The notes under the pieces were generated by a model. It saw only the letters and a list, made by a program, of their open reading frames with translations, was not told the DNA's origin and did not search any database. From positions 4,096,001 to 4,160,000 of the forward strand of contig OY970368.1 of the NCBI GenBank assembly GCA_963718615.1: a stretch of 64,000 nucleotides of DNA, read 5' to 3'. This stretch comes from an uncultured cyanobacterium. GTDB lineage: Bacteria > Cyanobacteriota > Cyanobacteriia > PCC-9006 > JAAUQQ01. Below, piece by piece: positions 9,778 to 19,847 of this stretch; position 1 is the first letter of the stretch; every line of letters begins with the position of its first letter. A program made the position numbers and the translations under genes.

Positions 9778-10114
9778 ACGGAGCATACATAAAGCGCTAA
9801 AAAACTCCCTATGATGGAAGTCATACCCCAAGGCGCAGCGAAATTCTCGATCGAGAGAAATTTTGTCCTCTGTAGGGGTGTGCATTCCACGCCCAATGCA
9901 GGAATCTGGGATGCACCTCCATCGGCCTGAGGGTCGGGAATACCGCCCCCTACAGAGTTTTTATTCAAGCCTCGTTCCTAATAAGCCATTTTTCTATCCT
10001 ATAGCGGTAACAATCTGCAAGATATCTCTCCTGGGGAAGATGTTCAAAATCAAAATTTCAAAATTGCCTTGGGCAATCTAAAAGCAGTATTGCCCCTTTG
10101 CTCCCCTGCTGACT

Positions 10115-10900
10115 GTGTTTTCTTCTCTACTACGGGTTTTTCTTACTAGCTCTTGCCCCCTGTGCGATCGCACCAGCTCGACGCTGCTCTGCCGCGATTG
10201 CCAGCAACAGCTCCTAGATTGCCGACGGTTAGAGCCAGCTCTACCTTGCCCCGAGGGAATGATCCTGGGCTGGGGACAATATACCGGAACGCTGAAGCGG
10301 GCGATCGCCCAGTTCAAATATCACCACCAAACGACCTTAGCAGAGCCCCTCGGTCTGGGGTTGGGGGAGGCTTGGTTGGCCTATCAGCAGACCTTGCCCC
10401 AAACGGCGCGATCGCGCCCAACGGTCATTCCCATCCCCATGCATGCCGAAAAAGAACGGGAGCGGGGGTTTAATCAGGCGGTTTTGTTGGCGGAACAGTT
10501 TTGTCGACGAACTCGATTGCCGTTGTTGCGGGACGGATTGGTGCGATCGCGGGCGACGCTGCCCCAATTTTCCCTTTCCGCCCAGGCCCGCCAGCAAAAC
10601 CTTGCCGCCGCCTTCGAGCTTGGACCGGAACTAGAGCGCAGGAGAATCCCCAGAGAGGGCTCCAAGCCCCTAAGCGTTTTACTGCTGGATGATATCTATA
10701 CGACCGGTGCAACGATTCGGGCCGCAGCCCAGCCCCTCAGGGAATGGGGCATTGCAATCGCAGGCGTCGTCGCTGTCGCGCTACCCATTACCTTGCGAAA
10801 CCCCCAGCGAAACCAGCACACCCTCAGCACGGCTCCACCACAGGATGAGGGGGAGGCACTTCGGCAGAGCCAAACACAGGCTCCGGGTCCAGTCCGGTAA
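10115..10900 (+). CDS. comF: ComF family phosphoribosyltransferase-like competence protein
   Basis: N-terminal CPLC...LCRDC zinc ribbon, RGFNQA, LLLDDIYTTGAT. Confidence 0.9.
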   Translation: MFSSLLRVFLTSSCPLCDRTSSTLLCRDCQQQLLDCRRLEPALPCPEGMILGWGQYTGTLKRAIAQFKYHHQTTLAEPLGLGLGEAWLAYQQTLPQTARSRPTVIPIPMHAEKERERGFNQAVLLAEQFCRRTRLPLLRDGLVRSRATLPQFSLSAQARQQNLAAAFELGPELERRRIPREGSKPLSVLLLDDIYTTGATIRAAAQPLREWGIAIAGVVAVALPITLRNPQRNQHTLSTAPPQDEGEALRQSQTQAPGPVR

Positions 10901-11222
10901 TTTGCTGAAACTGTTCGGGGGTGAAGCCAATCGAGACGGTGGTGGCTTTCCAGGCTTGCAGACGCGATCGCACCTGGTCCATCAACGCCATGCCTCGGAT
11001 GATCGGTAACTGCGTCCAGCTTTCAATCAATTGTTCTACCAGAGCTAGCTCGATCGCCGGGGCAGAATAGGATTGCAGCAGCTCCTCTAGGGCCGCCCAA
11101 AAAGCCTCTGCCTCTTGGCCTGCATCCGTACCTGCATCCCTGCCCGATTCTATGCCCGCCAGCCCATAGCTCGTGACAATGTGTTTGACCCGCTGCCGAT
11201 TAATTTGCGACCGGAGTTCCAT
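10824..11222 (-). CDS. conserved cyanobacterial hypothetical protein
   Basis: HIVTSYGL...IELALVE...W..LP..RG...TPEQFQQITGLDP pattern; good coding composition. Confidence 0.7.
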   Translation of the reverse strand: MELRSQINRQRVKHIVTSYGLAGIESGRDAGTDAGQEAEAFWAALEELLQSYSAPAIELALVEQLIESWTQLPIIRGMALMDQVRSRLQAWKATTVSIGFTPEQFQQITGLDPEPVFGSAEVPPPHPVVEPC

Positions 11223-11334
11223 GCTTCACCTTCTGCCTCTCAAAACGCCCAGAGATGGCTGTGATCAGGCCCAAATCCAATTCACACAGGCCATTATAGA
11301 ACTGCCCTGTTGGAAAACAATGTAACGCAACGCT

Positions 11335-11811
11335 ATGAAGTTTCTCCGTGCCTGGTTTCTCCTGTCCCTCGGGTGTCTGGGTTGGCTCAGTACCGAACTC
11401 CGCTATCCCCAGGCCCTTTGGGCGGCTGAGACGCCGCCGAGTCTGGCTCCAGCGGGGAATGTGTACCATCCTATTCCCTTGCCCAGCAGCCTAGCCATTG
11501 AAGATACGCTGACGGAACGGGATATTCCAACGGGCAAGGGGGGATTTGCGCGGGACTATACGGTGGAGCTGAAGGAGGGCGACCAGATCGCGATCGACTT
11601 GGTCTCAGATAGCTTTGATACGTTGGTGACGCTGATGGCTCCCAATGGGACGACGCTGGGTGAAAATGACGACGGCCCGGATGGGGGAACGAATTCGCTG
11701 CTGTTTATGCGGATTTCCCAAACGGGCAGCTATATTGTCCGGGTGCAGGCCTTTGGTCGGGCCAAGGGGGGACCGTTTATGCTGAAGCTAACGCGGTTAA
11801 AGCCGTCCTAG
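11335..11811 (+). CDS. secreted PPC (pre-peptidase C-terminal) domain protein
   Basis: Signal peptide; IDLVSDSFDTLVTL...ENDDG...NSLL...GSYIVRV. Confidence 0.85.
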   Translation: MKFLRAWFLLSLGCLGWLSTELRYPQALWAAETPPSLAPAGNVYHPIPLPSSLAIEDTLTERDIPTGKGGFARDYTVELKEGDQIAIDLVSDSFDTLVTLMAPNGTTLGENDDGPDGGTNSLLFMRISQTGSYIVRVQAFGRAKGGPFMLKLTRLKPS

Positions 11812-11923
11812 GGGGAAGGGGGTTTGGCGTTGCGAAAAATAAGATTGCCAAAAACAAGAAAAAATTTGGGCGATCGCATTGCACAAGCGTAACGGTTTTG
11901 TTACTCTAGTTAAGCAGTCGCAA

Positions 11924-11996
11924 GCCGGGATAGCTCAGCTGGTAGAGCAGAGGACTGAAAATCCTCGTGTCGGCGGTTCAAGCCCGCCTCCTGGCA
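11924..11996 (+). tRNA. tRNA-Phe (GAA)
   Basis: GCCGGGATAGCTCAGCTGGTAGAGCAGAGGACTGAAAATCCTCGTGTCGGCGGTTCAAGCCCGCCTCCTGGCA; cloverleaf with GAA anticodon; CCA not encoded. Confidence 0.97.
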
Positions 11997-12024
11997 TTAC
12001 TTAAAAGATCTCTTAAAGATTAGG

Positions 12025-12468
12025 TCAACGCTTCTTCAGCCATTGCAGATGCTCTGTATTGTTGGCAATGGTGGACGAGCAAGTTCTCCAATGGGGCGTG
12101 ACACGGTAGGACCCAGGGGAATAGACCCTGAGGGCTCCGCCTTGTTTGTTCAATTTCACTCGCACAAAAACCGCATTATTTTTGCCGTTCACGCCCATCA
12201 CTTTGCGAGCGGCATATTCTCCATCCCATTCCAAAATAACCGGGTTTTCTCCCTTCCAGGTGCCGAGTTCTAGGCAGAGGGCTTTCGCACCTCCACCCGG
12301 CGGAACCGCAATGGATGTCAACCATCCCCGGTTGGGGGAGACGCAGAGATCAGAATAGGCGGGATGACAGTCCTCGGCAGCGCTCGGTTGTGGAACGCTA
12401 AGCATACCTAAGTTCATGAAACTAGCAGCCACACTAGCGGTTGCTAGGGAGAGAGAGGGGAAATTCAT
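12025..12468 (-). CDS. secreted hypothetical protein with Cys motif
   Basis: Signal-like N-terminus ending PSAA; DCHPAYSDLCVSP. Confidence 0.6.
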   Translation of the reverse strand: MNFPSLSLATASVAASFMNLGMLSVPQPSAAEDCHPAYSDLCVSPNRGWLTSIAVPPGGGAKALCLELGTWKGENPVILEWDGEYAARKVMGVNGKNNAVFVRVKLNKQGGALRVYSPGSYRVTPHWRTCSSTIANNTEHLQWLKKR

Positions 12469-12588
12469 GGCGCAAGTCGGCGATAAAAGACAGACTCAAG
12501 ATTCCCAGCTGTTCTCTTCTGCAACCTATTGGTTCCAAAATTGGAAAATGTCAAGATATTGCTTGGAAAAAAATTCAGGCACAACTCT

Positions 12589-13572
12589 ATGCTCAACAGT
12601 CCTACGCTCAACGGTAAAGTCGCACTGGTCACGGGCGCAACCCGAGGACTCGGCAAAGGCATTGCAGTTGGACTCGGGGAAGCAGGGGCAACGGTTTATA
12701 TCACCGGGCGATCGCGCCACGCCTCCGACAACAATTTAGGAAACCTGACCGAGACCCAAGCCGCAGTGGAAGCTGCGGGCGGACAATGCATCCCCATTCA
12801 AGTCGACCACAGCGACGATGGACAGATTCAGGCCCTCTTCGATCGCATCCAAACCGAACAAAACGGTCAGCTTGATCTGCTCGTCAACAACGTCTACGGC
12901 GGCGTGCAAGCCCTCGGTCAAGCCCAAGAACAACCCTTTTGGCAGCTTGCGCCGGATTTTTGGGATGCCTGCAATCAGGTCGGTCTGCGCAGTCACTACC
13001 TCGCCAGCGTTTTTGCCGCCCGCCTGATGAGTGCGCGTCAACAGGGATTAATTTGCACCATTTCCTCCTGGGGTGGGCTTGCGCCCCTGTTTGGCGTCGC
13101 CTATGGAACCGGAAAAGCCGCTTGCGATCGCCTCGCCGCCGATATGGCCCTTGAACTCAAACCCCAAGGCATTAGTTCCATCGCCCTCTGGCCCGGTATT
13201 GTGGGCACCGAGCTCATCACCCAAATGGTCGACGCCGGGAAAGCGGAGGCCCTGGGGGTAAATCCTCGGCTGCGCTTGATCCAAGACCGCTTTAATTGGG
13301 AAACGCCCCTGCTGACGGGACGGGTGATCGCGGCGATCGCCCAGGATCCCCAAGTCCTCCAACGCACCGGACGGGTTCACATCGTCGCAGAATGGGCCAA
13401 ACGCTATGGTGTCGTCGATCGCGAGGGTAACTTACCGGTTTCGTTGCGATCGCTCAAATTTCTCTTACCCACCGCCATGCCCAGCCTCCGGCACCAGCAA
13501 GCCTGGATTCCCGATGTCTATATGCCTTGGCTGCTGCTGCTGTGGACATCCTTGGCCTCGCCCCGCGTTTAG
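12589..13572 (+). CDS. short-chain dehydrogenase/reductase (DHRS1-like)
   Basis: VTGATRGLGKG, LLVNN, YGTGK catalytic YxxxK, LWPG. Confidence 0.9.
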   Translation: MLNSPTLNGKVALVTGATRGLGKGIAVGLGEAGATVYITGRSRHASDNNLGNLTETQAAVEAAGGQCIPIQVDHSDDGQIQALFDRIQTEQNGQLDLLVNNVYGGVQALGQAQEQPFWQLAPDFWDACNQVGLRSHYLASVFAARLMSARQQGLICTISSWGGLAPLFGVAYGTGKAACDRLAADMALELKPQGISSIALWPGIVGTELITQMVDAGKAEALGVNPRLRLIQDRFNWETPLLTGRVIAAIAQDPQVLQRTGRVHIVAEWAKRYGVVDREGNLPVSLRSLKFLLPTAMPSLRHQQAWIPDVYMPWLLLLWTSLASPRV

Positions 13573-13600
13573 GCAGTTTGCTATGACGGCTTTAGCGGCT

Positions 13601-14605
13601 TTAGGCGGTTTCCGGCCCCTGCTGAACAATCCAGTAGCTGACCTGGAACAGATCGCTGGCATCGCTCCAAGCCTCTTGGACGGTAAATCCGGCTTGCTGG
13701 GCCAAGGCTTCTAGCTCTGCTGGGCTGTACTTATAGGAATGCTCTGTCCGCAGATGCTCTCCGGCGGCAAAGCGAATTGTCTGATCCAGAATCTCAACGG
13801 TCTGGTTGGCAAGGCTGACCAAATACATTTCAATCCGGCCCAGGGACTCGTTATACACCGCCTCATAGCGAAACCGCTTGAGGTCAAAATTAGCCCCCAG
13901 CTCTCGATTGATTCGCTCCAATAGATTCAGCGCAAAGGCAGCGGAAACCCCAGCGGCATCATTGTAGGCCGGTTCCAGTATGGCCTTAGATTTCTTCAGA
14001 TCCACACCCAAGAGCAAACCGCCCCCCTCACCGACCAACCGCGCCACATTTTTTAGAAAATGCACTGCCTCCTGAGGTTCCAGATTTCCCAGGGTAGAGC
14101 CGGGGAAAAAAGCCGTTTTGCGTCGGTTTTGTAGGATCGGCAGGTCGGGAAGCGTGAGGGGTTGGGTGTAGTCGGCGCAGAGGGCGATCGCCTCGATCTC
14201 GGGATAATCCTGGGCCAACTGCTCGCAGGACTCCTGCAAATGCTGCTTAGAAATATCCAACGCCATATACACCGGCAGTTTTGCACCGGTTTTCTGGAGC
14301 GCATCCAATAAAATTCTGACCTTCTGGCTACTGCCGCTGCCAAACTCGATCAGAATGCCATCGGTGAGGCGATCGCCAATCTCACGGGCTGCATGGGCAC
14401 GCAACAGCTCGATTTCGGTACGGGTCAAATAGTATTCCGGCTGCCGAGTAATCTCAACAAACAGCTCTGCCCCCGCTTTGTCGTAGAGCCAAGTCGGAGG
14501 AATATGCTTAGCCGCCAGACCCAGCCCCTTTAGCACCACAGAGCGAAAATCTTCAAGCACGGGATGGAAATCGAACAGTTGAATCGAGGCGGTCACAGAG
14601 ATCAC
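13601..14605 (-). CDS. egtD: L-histidine N-alpha-methyltransferase (ergothioneine biosynthesis)
   Basis: PEYYLTRTE, EFGSGSSQK, FFPGSTLGN, AYNDAAGVSAAF, TEHSYKY; adjacent to egtB. Confidence 0.94.
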   Translation of the reverse strand: MISVTASIQLFDFHPVLEDFRSVVLKGLGLAAKHIPPTWLYDKAGAELFVEITRQPEYYLTRTEIELLRAHAAREIGDRLTDGILIEFGSGSSQKVRILLDALQKTGAKLPVYMALDISKQHLQESCEQLAQDYPEIEAIALCADYTQPLTLPDLPILQNRRKTAFFPGSTLGNLEPQEAVHFLKNVARLVGEGGGLLLGVDLKKSKAILEPAYNDAAGVSAAFALNLLERINRELGANFDLKRFRYEAVYNESLGRIEMYLVSLANQTVEILDQTIRFAAGEHLRTEHSYKYSPAELEALAQQAGFTVQEAWSDASDLFQVSYWIVQQGPETA

Positions 14606-14774
14606 AGTTGACTGTTGTCAATTATACGGTTTTGCTCCCCTTGGAGGCAGGCTGAGGATAAAATTCATCCGCCATTTCGCGTAGGGGCCTTGAGTCTTCA
14701 GGGCTGCGGGCCTTGCTTCCCCAAGCCCCCTGAGGTATTGGTAGGTATTGGGCCAGGAATTATTGGGCTAAGAA

Positions 14775-16094
14775 TTATTGGGCCAAGCGAATGCCCATAA
14801 ATTGCCAGCGACTGGCCGGTGGAAAGAAATTGCGATAAGTGACGCGAATGTGGTTCCGGGGAGTGGCGCAGGATCCGCCCCGTAACACCCGTTGGTTGCA
14901 CATAAACTTGCCGTTGTATTCGCCGATCGCCCCAGGGGCAGGTTTAAAACCGGGATAGGGCAAATAGGCACTTTGGGTCCATTCCCATACATCACCGAAG
15001 AACTGCTGCAGCCCAAAAACACTTTCGGTCAGGGGTTGCGCCTGGGGATGAAAGGTTTGGCTTTCGGCAAAGTTTCCAGTCATGTTCCCAGCCAAGGTCC
15101 CGGCGAGAGGGTTGGCGATCGCCCCAGTCTGCGCCGCCACTTCCCATTCCACTTCCGTCGGCAACCGTTTCCCCGCCCAGCTCGCATAGGCATCGGCTTC
15201 AAACAGGCTGACGTGGCAAACGGGTTCCTGCAAATTGAGCGGACGCATGCCTCCCAGCGTCATCACCTGCCACTGGCCCTCGATTTTTTCCCAATAGAGC
15301 GGAGCCTCCCAGCCTTCCCGCAGCAGGGTGTGCCAGCCTTCCGAGAGCCAATGCTGGGGCTGTTGATATCCCCCCGCTTCGATAAATTCGAGATATTCGC
15401 CGTTGGTGACGGGGCGGTTGGCGATCGCAAAGTCCTGCACATAGGTCCGATGGCGAGGTCCTTCATTGTCAAAGGCAAAGTTGTCAAAGGCAAACTTATC
15501 AAACGTAGACCCCGAACCCGCCCAGCCAATGTCTACGAGCCCCCCGGCAAACGCCTCAAACCGCAAGGGTAGCGCTGAATCCACCCGATTTTCCCGCAAA
15601 TCCTGTCGATAGGCCGGTCGCAGCGGATTGATCGCCAAAATATGCTTAATATCCGTGACCAACAATTCCTGATGCTGTTGCTCGTGGTGCAGTCCCAGTT
15701 CCAGTAACGCCGCAATCTGCGGTTCTTCCCCTCGCTGCTTCAGCAGGGCTTTCATGGCCTCATCCACATAGGCCCGATAGCCATAGACCTCCTCCACTGT
15801 CGGGCGAGACAGCAGGCCACGCTGGGGGCGAGGATGCCGGTCTCCCACAGCCTCGTAGTAGGAGTTAAACAAATAGCCAAACCGAGGATGGAAGCACTGA
15901 TACCCCGGCAAAAACGGCACCAGCAAAAAGGTCTCGAAAAACCAGGTCACATGGGCCAAATGCCACTTCGGCGGGCTAACATCCGGCATGCTTTGGACGA
16001 TATAATCCTCGATCGCCAGGGGCCGACAGAGCGCTTCACTCCAGGCCCGGACTTGCAGATAGCGATCGCACACCCCATAGATCAACGTAGACAT
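14775..16094 (-). CDS. egtB: ergothioneine biosynthesis sulfoxide synthase
   Basis: QSMPDVSPPKWHLAH, HHEQQHQEL iron ligands, FGE-sulfatase C-terminal domain (GDVWEWT, YNGKFM, YRNFF); start may be 16115 or 16160. Confidence 0.93.
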   Translation of the reverse strand: MSTLIYGVCDRYLQVRAWSEALCRPLAIEDYIVQSMPDVSPPKWHLAHVTWFFETFLLVPFLPGYQCFHPRFGYLFNSYYEAVGDRHPRPQRGLLSRPTVEEVYGYRAYVDEAMKALLKQRGEEPQIAALLELGLHHEQQHQELLVTDIKHILAINPLRPAYRQDLRENRVDSALPLRFEAFAGGLVDIGWAGSGSTFDKFAFDNFAFDNEGPRHRTYVQDFAIANRPVTNGEYLEFIEAGGYQQPQHWLSEGWHTLLREGWEAPLYWEKIEGQWQVMTLGGMRPLNLQEPVCHVSLFEADAYASWAGKRLPTEVEWEVAAQTGAIANPLAGTLAGNMTGNFAESQTFHPQAQPLTESVFGLQQFFGDVWEWTQSAYLPYPGFKPAPGAIGEYNGKFMCNQRVLRGGSCATPRNHIRVTYRNFFPPASRWQFMGIRLAQ

Positions 16095-16310
16095 ACCCAA
16101 CGACTCAATAAACATCAACGCAATATCGATCGAAAGATTCAGAGATTCGCAATCAAACAATCAAATTTAATTTTGACCGATGGGCTCGATCTACTGGTCC
16201 TAATGGCGGGCCTAATGGCCTAATCTAGACAAAGCGCTTGCCCAAGCTCCAGCCCCAACGCTAGACTGATGAACTGTGACTTTTAGCAACCTGAGCTGGA
16301 GAAAGCTCCC

Positions 16311-16448
16311 ATGACGAAGCGAACCCTTGGCGGTACCAACCGCAAACAGAAGCGAACCTCTGGTTTCCGTGCCCGGATGCGCACCCGCACGGGCCAAAAC
16401 GTAATCAAAGCCCGCCGTCGTAGAGGTCGGGCACGGCTGTCCGTCTAG
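16311..16448 (+). CDS. rpmH: 50S ribosomal protein L34 (absent from ORF track)
   Basis: Translates to [45 protein letters not shown]; upstream of rnpA. Confidence 0.97.
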   Translation: MTKRTLGGTNRKQKRTSGFRARMRTRTGQNVIKARRRRGRARLSV

Positions 16449-16504
16449 GGAACATTCCCCAGCGGCTTCCCTTGCCAGTCCCCTGATCTGGATGAAATCT
16501 CAGC

Positions 16505-16924
16505 GTGGCGCTTCCTAAAGTTCACCGCCTCAAGCGACGACAAGAATTCGATTGGGTTTATCGGAGAGGTAAGCGTTACAGCGCCTCTCATTTGTTGTTG
16601 AGGGCATTTTTGCCCAGCGGAATTCTAGGGCCAGCACCGGCAACAGCAGCGGCGCTGGCCCCTCTCCCCCTTGAGGCAAGTTCCCTAGAAGCCCTTCGGG
16701 TTGCGGTGGTCGTTAGTCAAAAGGTCAGCAAACGAGCGGTTATCCGTAACCGCATTCGGCGACGCATTCAGGCGGGTCTCCAAACCCTGCTTCCCCGACT
16801 GAAGGCTGGCTGGTTATTAGTGATTACCGTAAAACCAAACGCTTTGGAGTGCGATTATCACAAATTTTTGCAAGAATTAGAGCAGTTGTTGGCAAATGCC
16901 GAGGTGCTCGATGGCCATTCGTGA
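16505..16924 (+). CDS. rnpA: ribonuclease P protein component
   Basis: RLKRRQEF, VSQKVSKRAVIRNRIRRR; synteny. Confidence 0.95.
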   Translation: MALPKVHRLKRRQEFDWVYRRGKRYSASHLLLRAFLPSGILGPAPATAAALAPLPLEASSLEALRVAVVVSQKVSKRAVIRNRIRRRIQAGLQTLLPRLKAGWLLVITVKPNALECDYHKFLQELEQLLANAEVLDGHS

Positions 16925-17291
16925 AGAGGTTTTCTACGAGGGAGGTCCCCATATTGGCGATCTCATCCTCAATATTTTAGTCGGATTTACGGTTCTAGGA
17001 CTGCCTTTGACCGTAGGTGCGATCGTCCGTGCGCTCTGGCTGCGGTTTAGAATTACTAACCGTCGAATTTCAGTCACTGGGGGCTGGATGGGTCGCGATC
17101 GCTGGGATGTGATTTACCGAGAGGTGACCCATGTGATTGCAATTCCCCGAGGCATTGGCCTGTGGGGGGACATGGCGATCACCCTCAAAGATGGCACTCG
17201 TTTGGAACTGCGGGCGGTTCCGCGCTTTCGGGAAATCGAGCAGTACATTAAAGAACGCGCCAAAATTGCACCGGCCCAGGCGGCGGCCTAG
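16911..17291 (+). CDS. bacterial PH-domain membrane protein
   Basis: MAIREEVFYEGGPHIGDL...RFRITNRRISVTGG; conserved cyanobacterial gene between rnpA and yidC. Confidence 0.88.
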   Translation: MAIREEVFYEGGPHIGDLILNILVGFTVLGLPLTVGAIVRALWLRFRITNRRISVTGGWMGRDRWDVIYREVTHVIAIPRGIGLWGDMAITLKDGTRLELRAVPRFREIEQYIKERAKIAPAQAAA

Positions 17292-17359
17292 TCGCTGTTC
17301 ATCGGGTCTACGGCCTCTACCGTTTCGGTTTCATCGTTCACCTCACCTCCTAAACACGA

Positions 17360-18700
17360 ATGGATTTCGGTATCGGTTTTCTTTCCAACAACGTCATGCT
17401 CCCCATCCTAGATTTTTTCTATGGATTGGTACCAAGCTATGGCCTCGCCATCGTCGCGTTGACGTTGGTGGTGCGGTTTGCAGTCTTCCCGCTGAGTGCA
17501 GGGTCGATTCGCAATATGCGCAAGACCAAGGTGGTGCAGCCGATCATGCAGCAGCGCCAGCAGGAGATTCGCGATCGCTACAAGGATGACCCTGCCAAGC
17601 AGCAGGAGGAGATGGGCAAGCTCCTGAAGGAGTTTGGCAATCCCCTAGCGGGCTGCTTACCCGTGCTCTTTCAAATGCCGATTCTGTTCGCCCTGTTTGC
17701 CACGCTCCGGGGCTCGCCCTTTGCCAACACCAACTACACCGCCAATATCCAGGTGTTGCCCCAGGAAAAAATTGAACAGGTCACACCCCAAGCCTTTGCG
17801 ACCAAGCCACAAAATATTTACATCGATGAAGGGCTCCACGCTAAGGTAGCCGCGCTTCTGCCAAGCGGGACCCGCCTCGGGGTTGGGGAACGGAGCCACA
17901 TTGAATTTCAAACCGTTGAGGGGGAATCCTTTGACACCCTAGAGGCGCAGCACCCCAACGCTAGCCTCAAACCCCAGTGGACGGTGACCAAAGGGGCAGA
18001 CAAGATTCAGATCACGGAAGATGGCTCGATCGTCGCCCTCGCCCCCGGTGATGCCACGATTCAGGGCACAATTCCTGGGTTGGCAGCGGATCGCGGTTTC
18101 CTCTTTATTCAAGCGCTAGGACGCGTGGGCGCGCGCAATCCCGATAACAGCATCAACTGGGATATCGTCGGCATGGTCTTGGCCTTTGGTCTGAGTCTCT
18201 ATGTCAGCCAAACCCTCACGGGCCAAGGCGGTGGCTCCAGCAATCCTCAGCAGGAAAGTATTAATAAAATCACGCCGGTGTTGTTCTCGGGCATGTTCCT
18301 CTTCTTCCCGCTGCCGGCTGGGGTGTTGATGTACATGGTGATTGCGAATATTTTCCAGACTGCACAAACCTTTTTCTTGATGCGGGAGCCGTTGCCGGAG
18401 AATGTGCAGCAAATTCTGGATGCCCAGAAGAAACAGGAAGATGCTGCCAATAATCGCTTAGCCTTTGAACCCAAAGGGGCGAAGCAAAAGGCCAAAGAAG
18501 TTGAAACCTCGGCGAAGCCCACTAGTCCTGCGGCTAAAACAGTAAAAGCTTCTCCGAATAAGGGCTCTAGCGCAAAAGGAGCTAGCAATAAAGGCACAGC
18601 CGCTAAGGGCTCCACCGCAAAAGGAACGACGAACAAAACCGGGTCGGACAAAAATTCGACGGATAAGCGCTCCACCAACAAAAGTTCGAAGAAGGGCTAA
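17360..18700 (+). CDS. yidC: membrane protein insertase YidC (Alb3/Oxa1 family)
   Basis: [45 protein letters not shown]. Confidence 0.96.
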   Translation: MDFGIGFLSNNVMLPILDFFYGLVPSYGLAIVALTLVVRFAVFPLSAGSIRNMRKTKVVQPIMQQRQQEIRDRYKDDPAKQQEEMGKLLKEFGNPLAGCLPVLFQMPILFALFATLRGSPFANTNYTANIQVLPQEKIEQVTPQAFATKPQNIYIDEGLHAKVAALLPSGTRLGVGERSHIEFQTVEGESFDTLEAQHPNASLKPQWTVTKGADKIQITEDGSIVALAPGDATIQGTIPGLAADRGFLFIQALGRVGARNPDNSINWDIVGMVLAFGLSLYVSQTLTGQGGGSSNPQQESINKITPVLFSGMFLFFPLPAGVLMYMVIANIFQTAQTFFLMREPLPENVQQILDAQKKQEDAANNRLAFEPKGAKQKAKEVETSAKPTSPAAKTVKASPNKGSSAKGASNKGTAAKGSTAKGTTNKTGSDKNSTDKRSTNKSSKKG

Positions 18701-18703
18701 GCC

Positions 18704-19228
18704 ATGAGTGATGCAACCCAGCGCCAGCTAGAACGGGGTAGTCAGTGGCTCGAAAAGCTGCTAACCCTAGCGGGCTTTCCGGCGGAGGTCGAGGCTGATT
18801 TGTCGGAGCCCCTGGCCCATAGTCCGGCCTCGGAGGAAGATCATGATGAGGTGGTCTGGCTGACAATTGGGTCAGGGGCGCTCAGTGCGGAGCAGGTGCA
18901 AATCCTGACCGGGAAAGGGGGAGCGGTGCTAGATGCCATTCAGTATATGGCGAGCCTGGAGCTCAATTTTCAGGTGGAGAAGGAAGGACAGTTGCCGTTT
19001 GTCATCGATATTGATGGCTATCGAGAAACGCGCTTGGAAGAGCTGGTCGCGATCGCCACCACCGCCGCCAACCAAGTTCAAACCACCGGCCAAGAGTATG
19101 AATTACAGGGCCTCTCCTCGGCGGAACGCCGCCAAGTTCACACCATCTTCAAGGCAAACTTCCCGGATCTAGAGACCTTTAGCCGGGGAAAAGAGCCAGA
19201 GCGCTACTTGGTGGTGCATCCCCGTTAG
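18704..19228 (+). CDS. jag: Jag/KhpB-like R3H RNA-binding protein
   Basis: KH-like G..GAVLDAIQY, LSSAERRQVH R3H motif, SRGKEPERYLVV. Confidence 0.88.
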   Translation: MSDATQRQLERGSQWLEKLLTLAGFPAEVEADLSEPLAHSPASEEDHDEVVWLTIGSGALSAEQVQILTGKGGAVLDAIQYMASLELNFQVEKEGQLPFVIDIDGYRETRLEELVAIATTAANQVQTTGQEYELQGLSSAERRQVHTIFKANFPDLETFSRGKEPERYLVVHPR

Positions 19229-19273
19229 GCGACCTGTTCAGTGAGGCGGCTAGTTCACTCAGGAAGGTTATCT

Positions 19274-19807
19274 ATGATGGAGAAAAAACGCTCAAACACA
19301 GCGCTGCAACCCATTCAAATCCCGCAGCTGCTGCAAATTCCGGAACGGCGTGTGACGTTGCCGGTACAGGACTATTTTCCAGATCTAGAAACCCTTACGC
19401 CGATCCAAGGTCTGGTAGAGGTGGCCCACAAGGGTAATTATTTAGATGTGAGCACTCAGGCCAAAGCCATTGTGACGCTGAGTTGCGATCGCTGTCTTTG
19501 TCAGTACAATCATCGCATTGAGCTAGAAACCCAAGAAATCATCTGGCTGGATGCTCAAGTGGATGAAGCCCCAGAGGCGCTAGAGCAGGAAGTGGAGATG
19601 GATGACCTAATTGAGTCCCTTCACCCCCAGGGCACCTTTGACCCGGCCCAGTGGCTCTACGAGCAGCTTTGCTTGGCTATTCCTCTCCAGAAGCGTTGCG
19701 ATCCAAACTGCGAAGGCATTGCCCTTGATGACGCCCAGTCCGGCCATGCCTTGGACAGCCGCTGGTCGATCTTGGCCCAGCTTAAGACCCAAATCAACGA
19801 AGCTTAG
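19274..19807 (+). CDS. YceD/DUF177 family protein
   Basis: LSCDRCL, WLYEQLCLAIP..RCDPNCEG, DSRWSILAQLK. Confidence 0.9.
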   Translation: MMEKKRSNTALQPIQIPQLLQIPERRVTLPVQDYFPDLETLTPIQGLVEVAHKGNYLDVSTQAKAIVTLSCDRCLCQYNHRIELETQEIIWLDAQVDEAPEALEQEVEMDDLIESLHPQGTFDPAQWLYEQLCLAIPLQKRCDPNCEGIALDDAQSGHALDSRWSILAQLKTQINEA

Positions 19808-19847
19808 GGAAACGTAGGAGAAACTTAGGGAAACCTTCGGGAATGTC

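Noticed and set aside
11889-11904. NtcA box upstream of tRNA-Phe (GTAACGGTTTTGTTAC)
   Set aside because: Spacing is GTA-N10-TAC, not the canonical N8
11924-12470. tRNA-Phe as the attachment site of an integrated element
   Set aside because: No duplicated tRNA 3' end or integrase noticed by eye
14775-16094. Selenoneine synthase SenA
   Set aside because: Paired with egtD, with no senB/selD neighbours; EgtB is the simpler call
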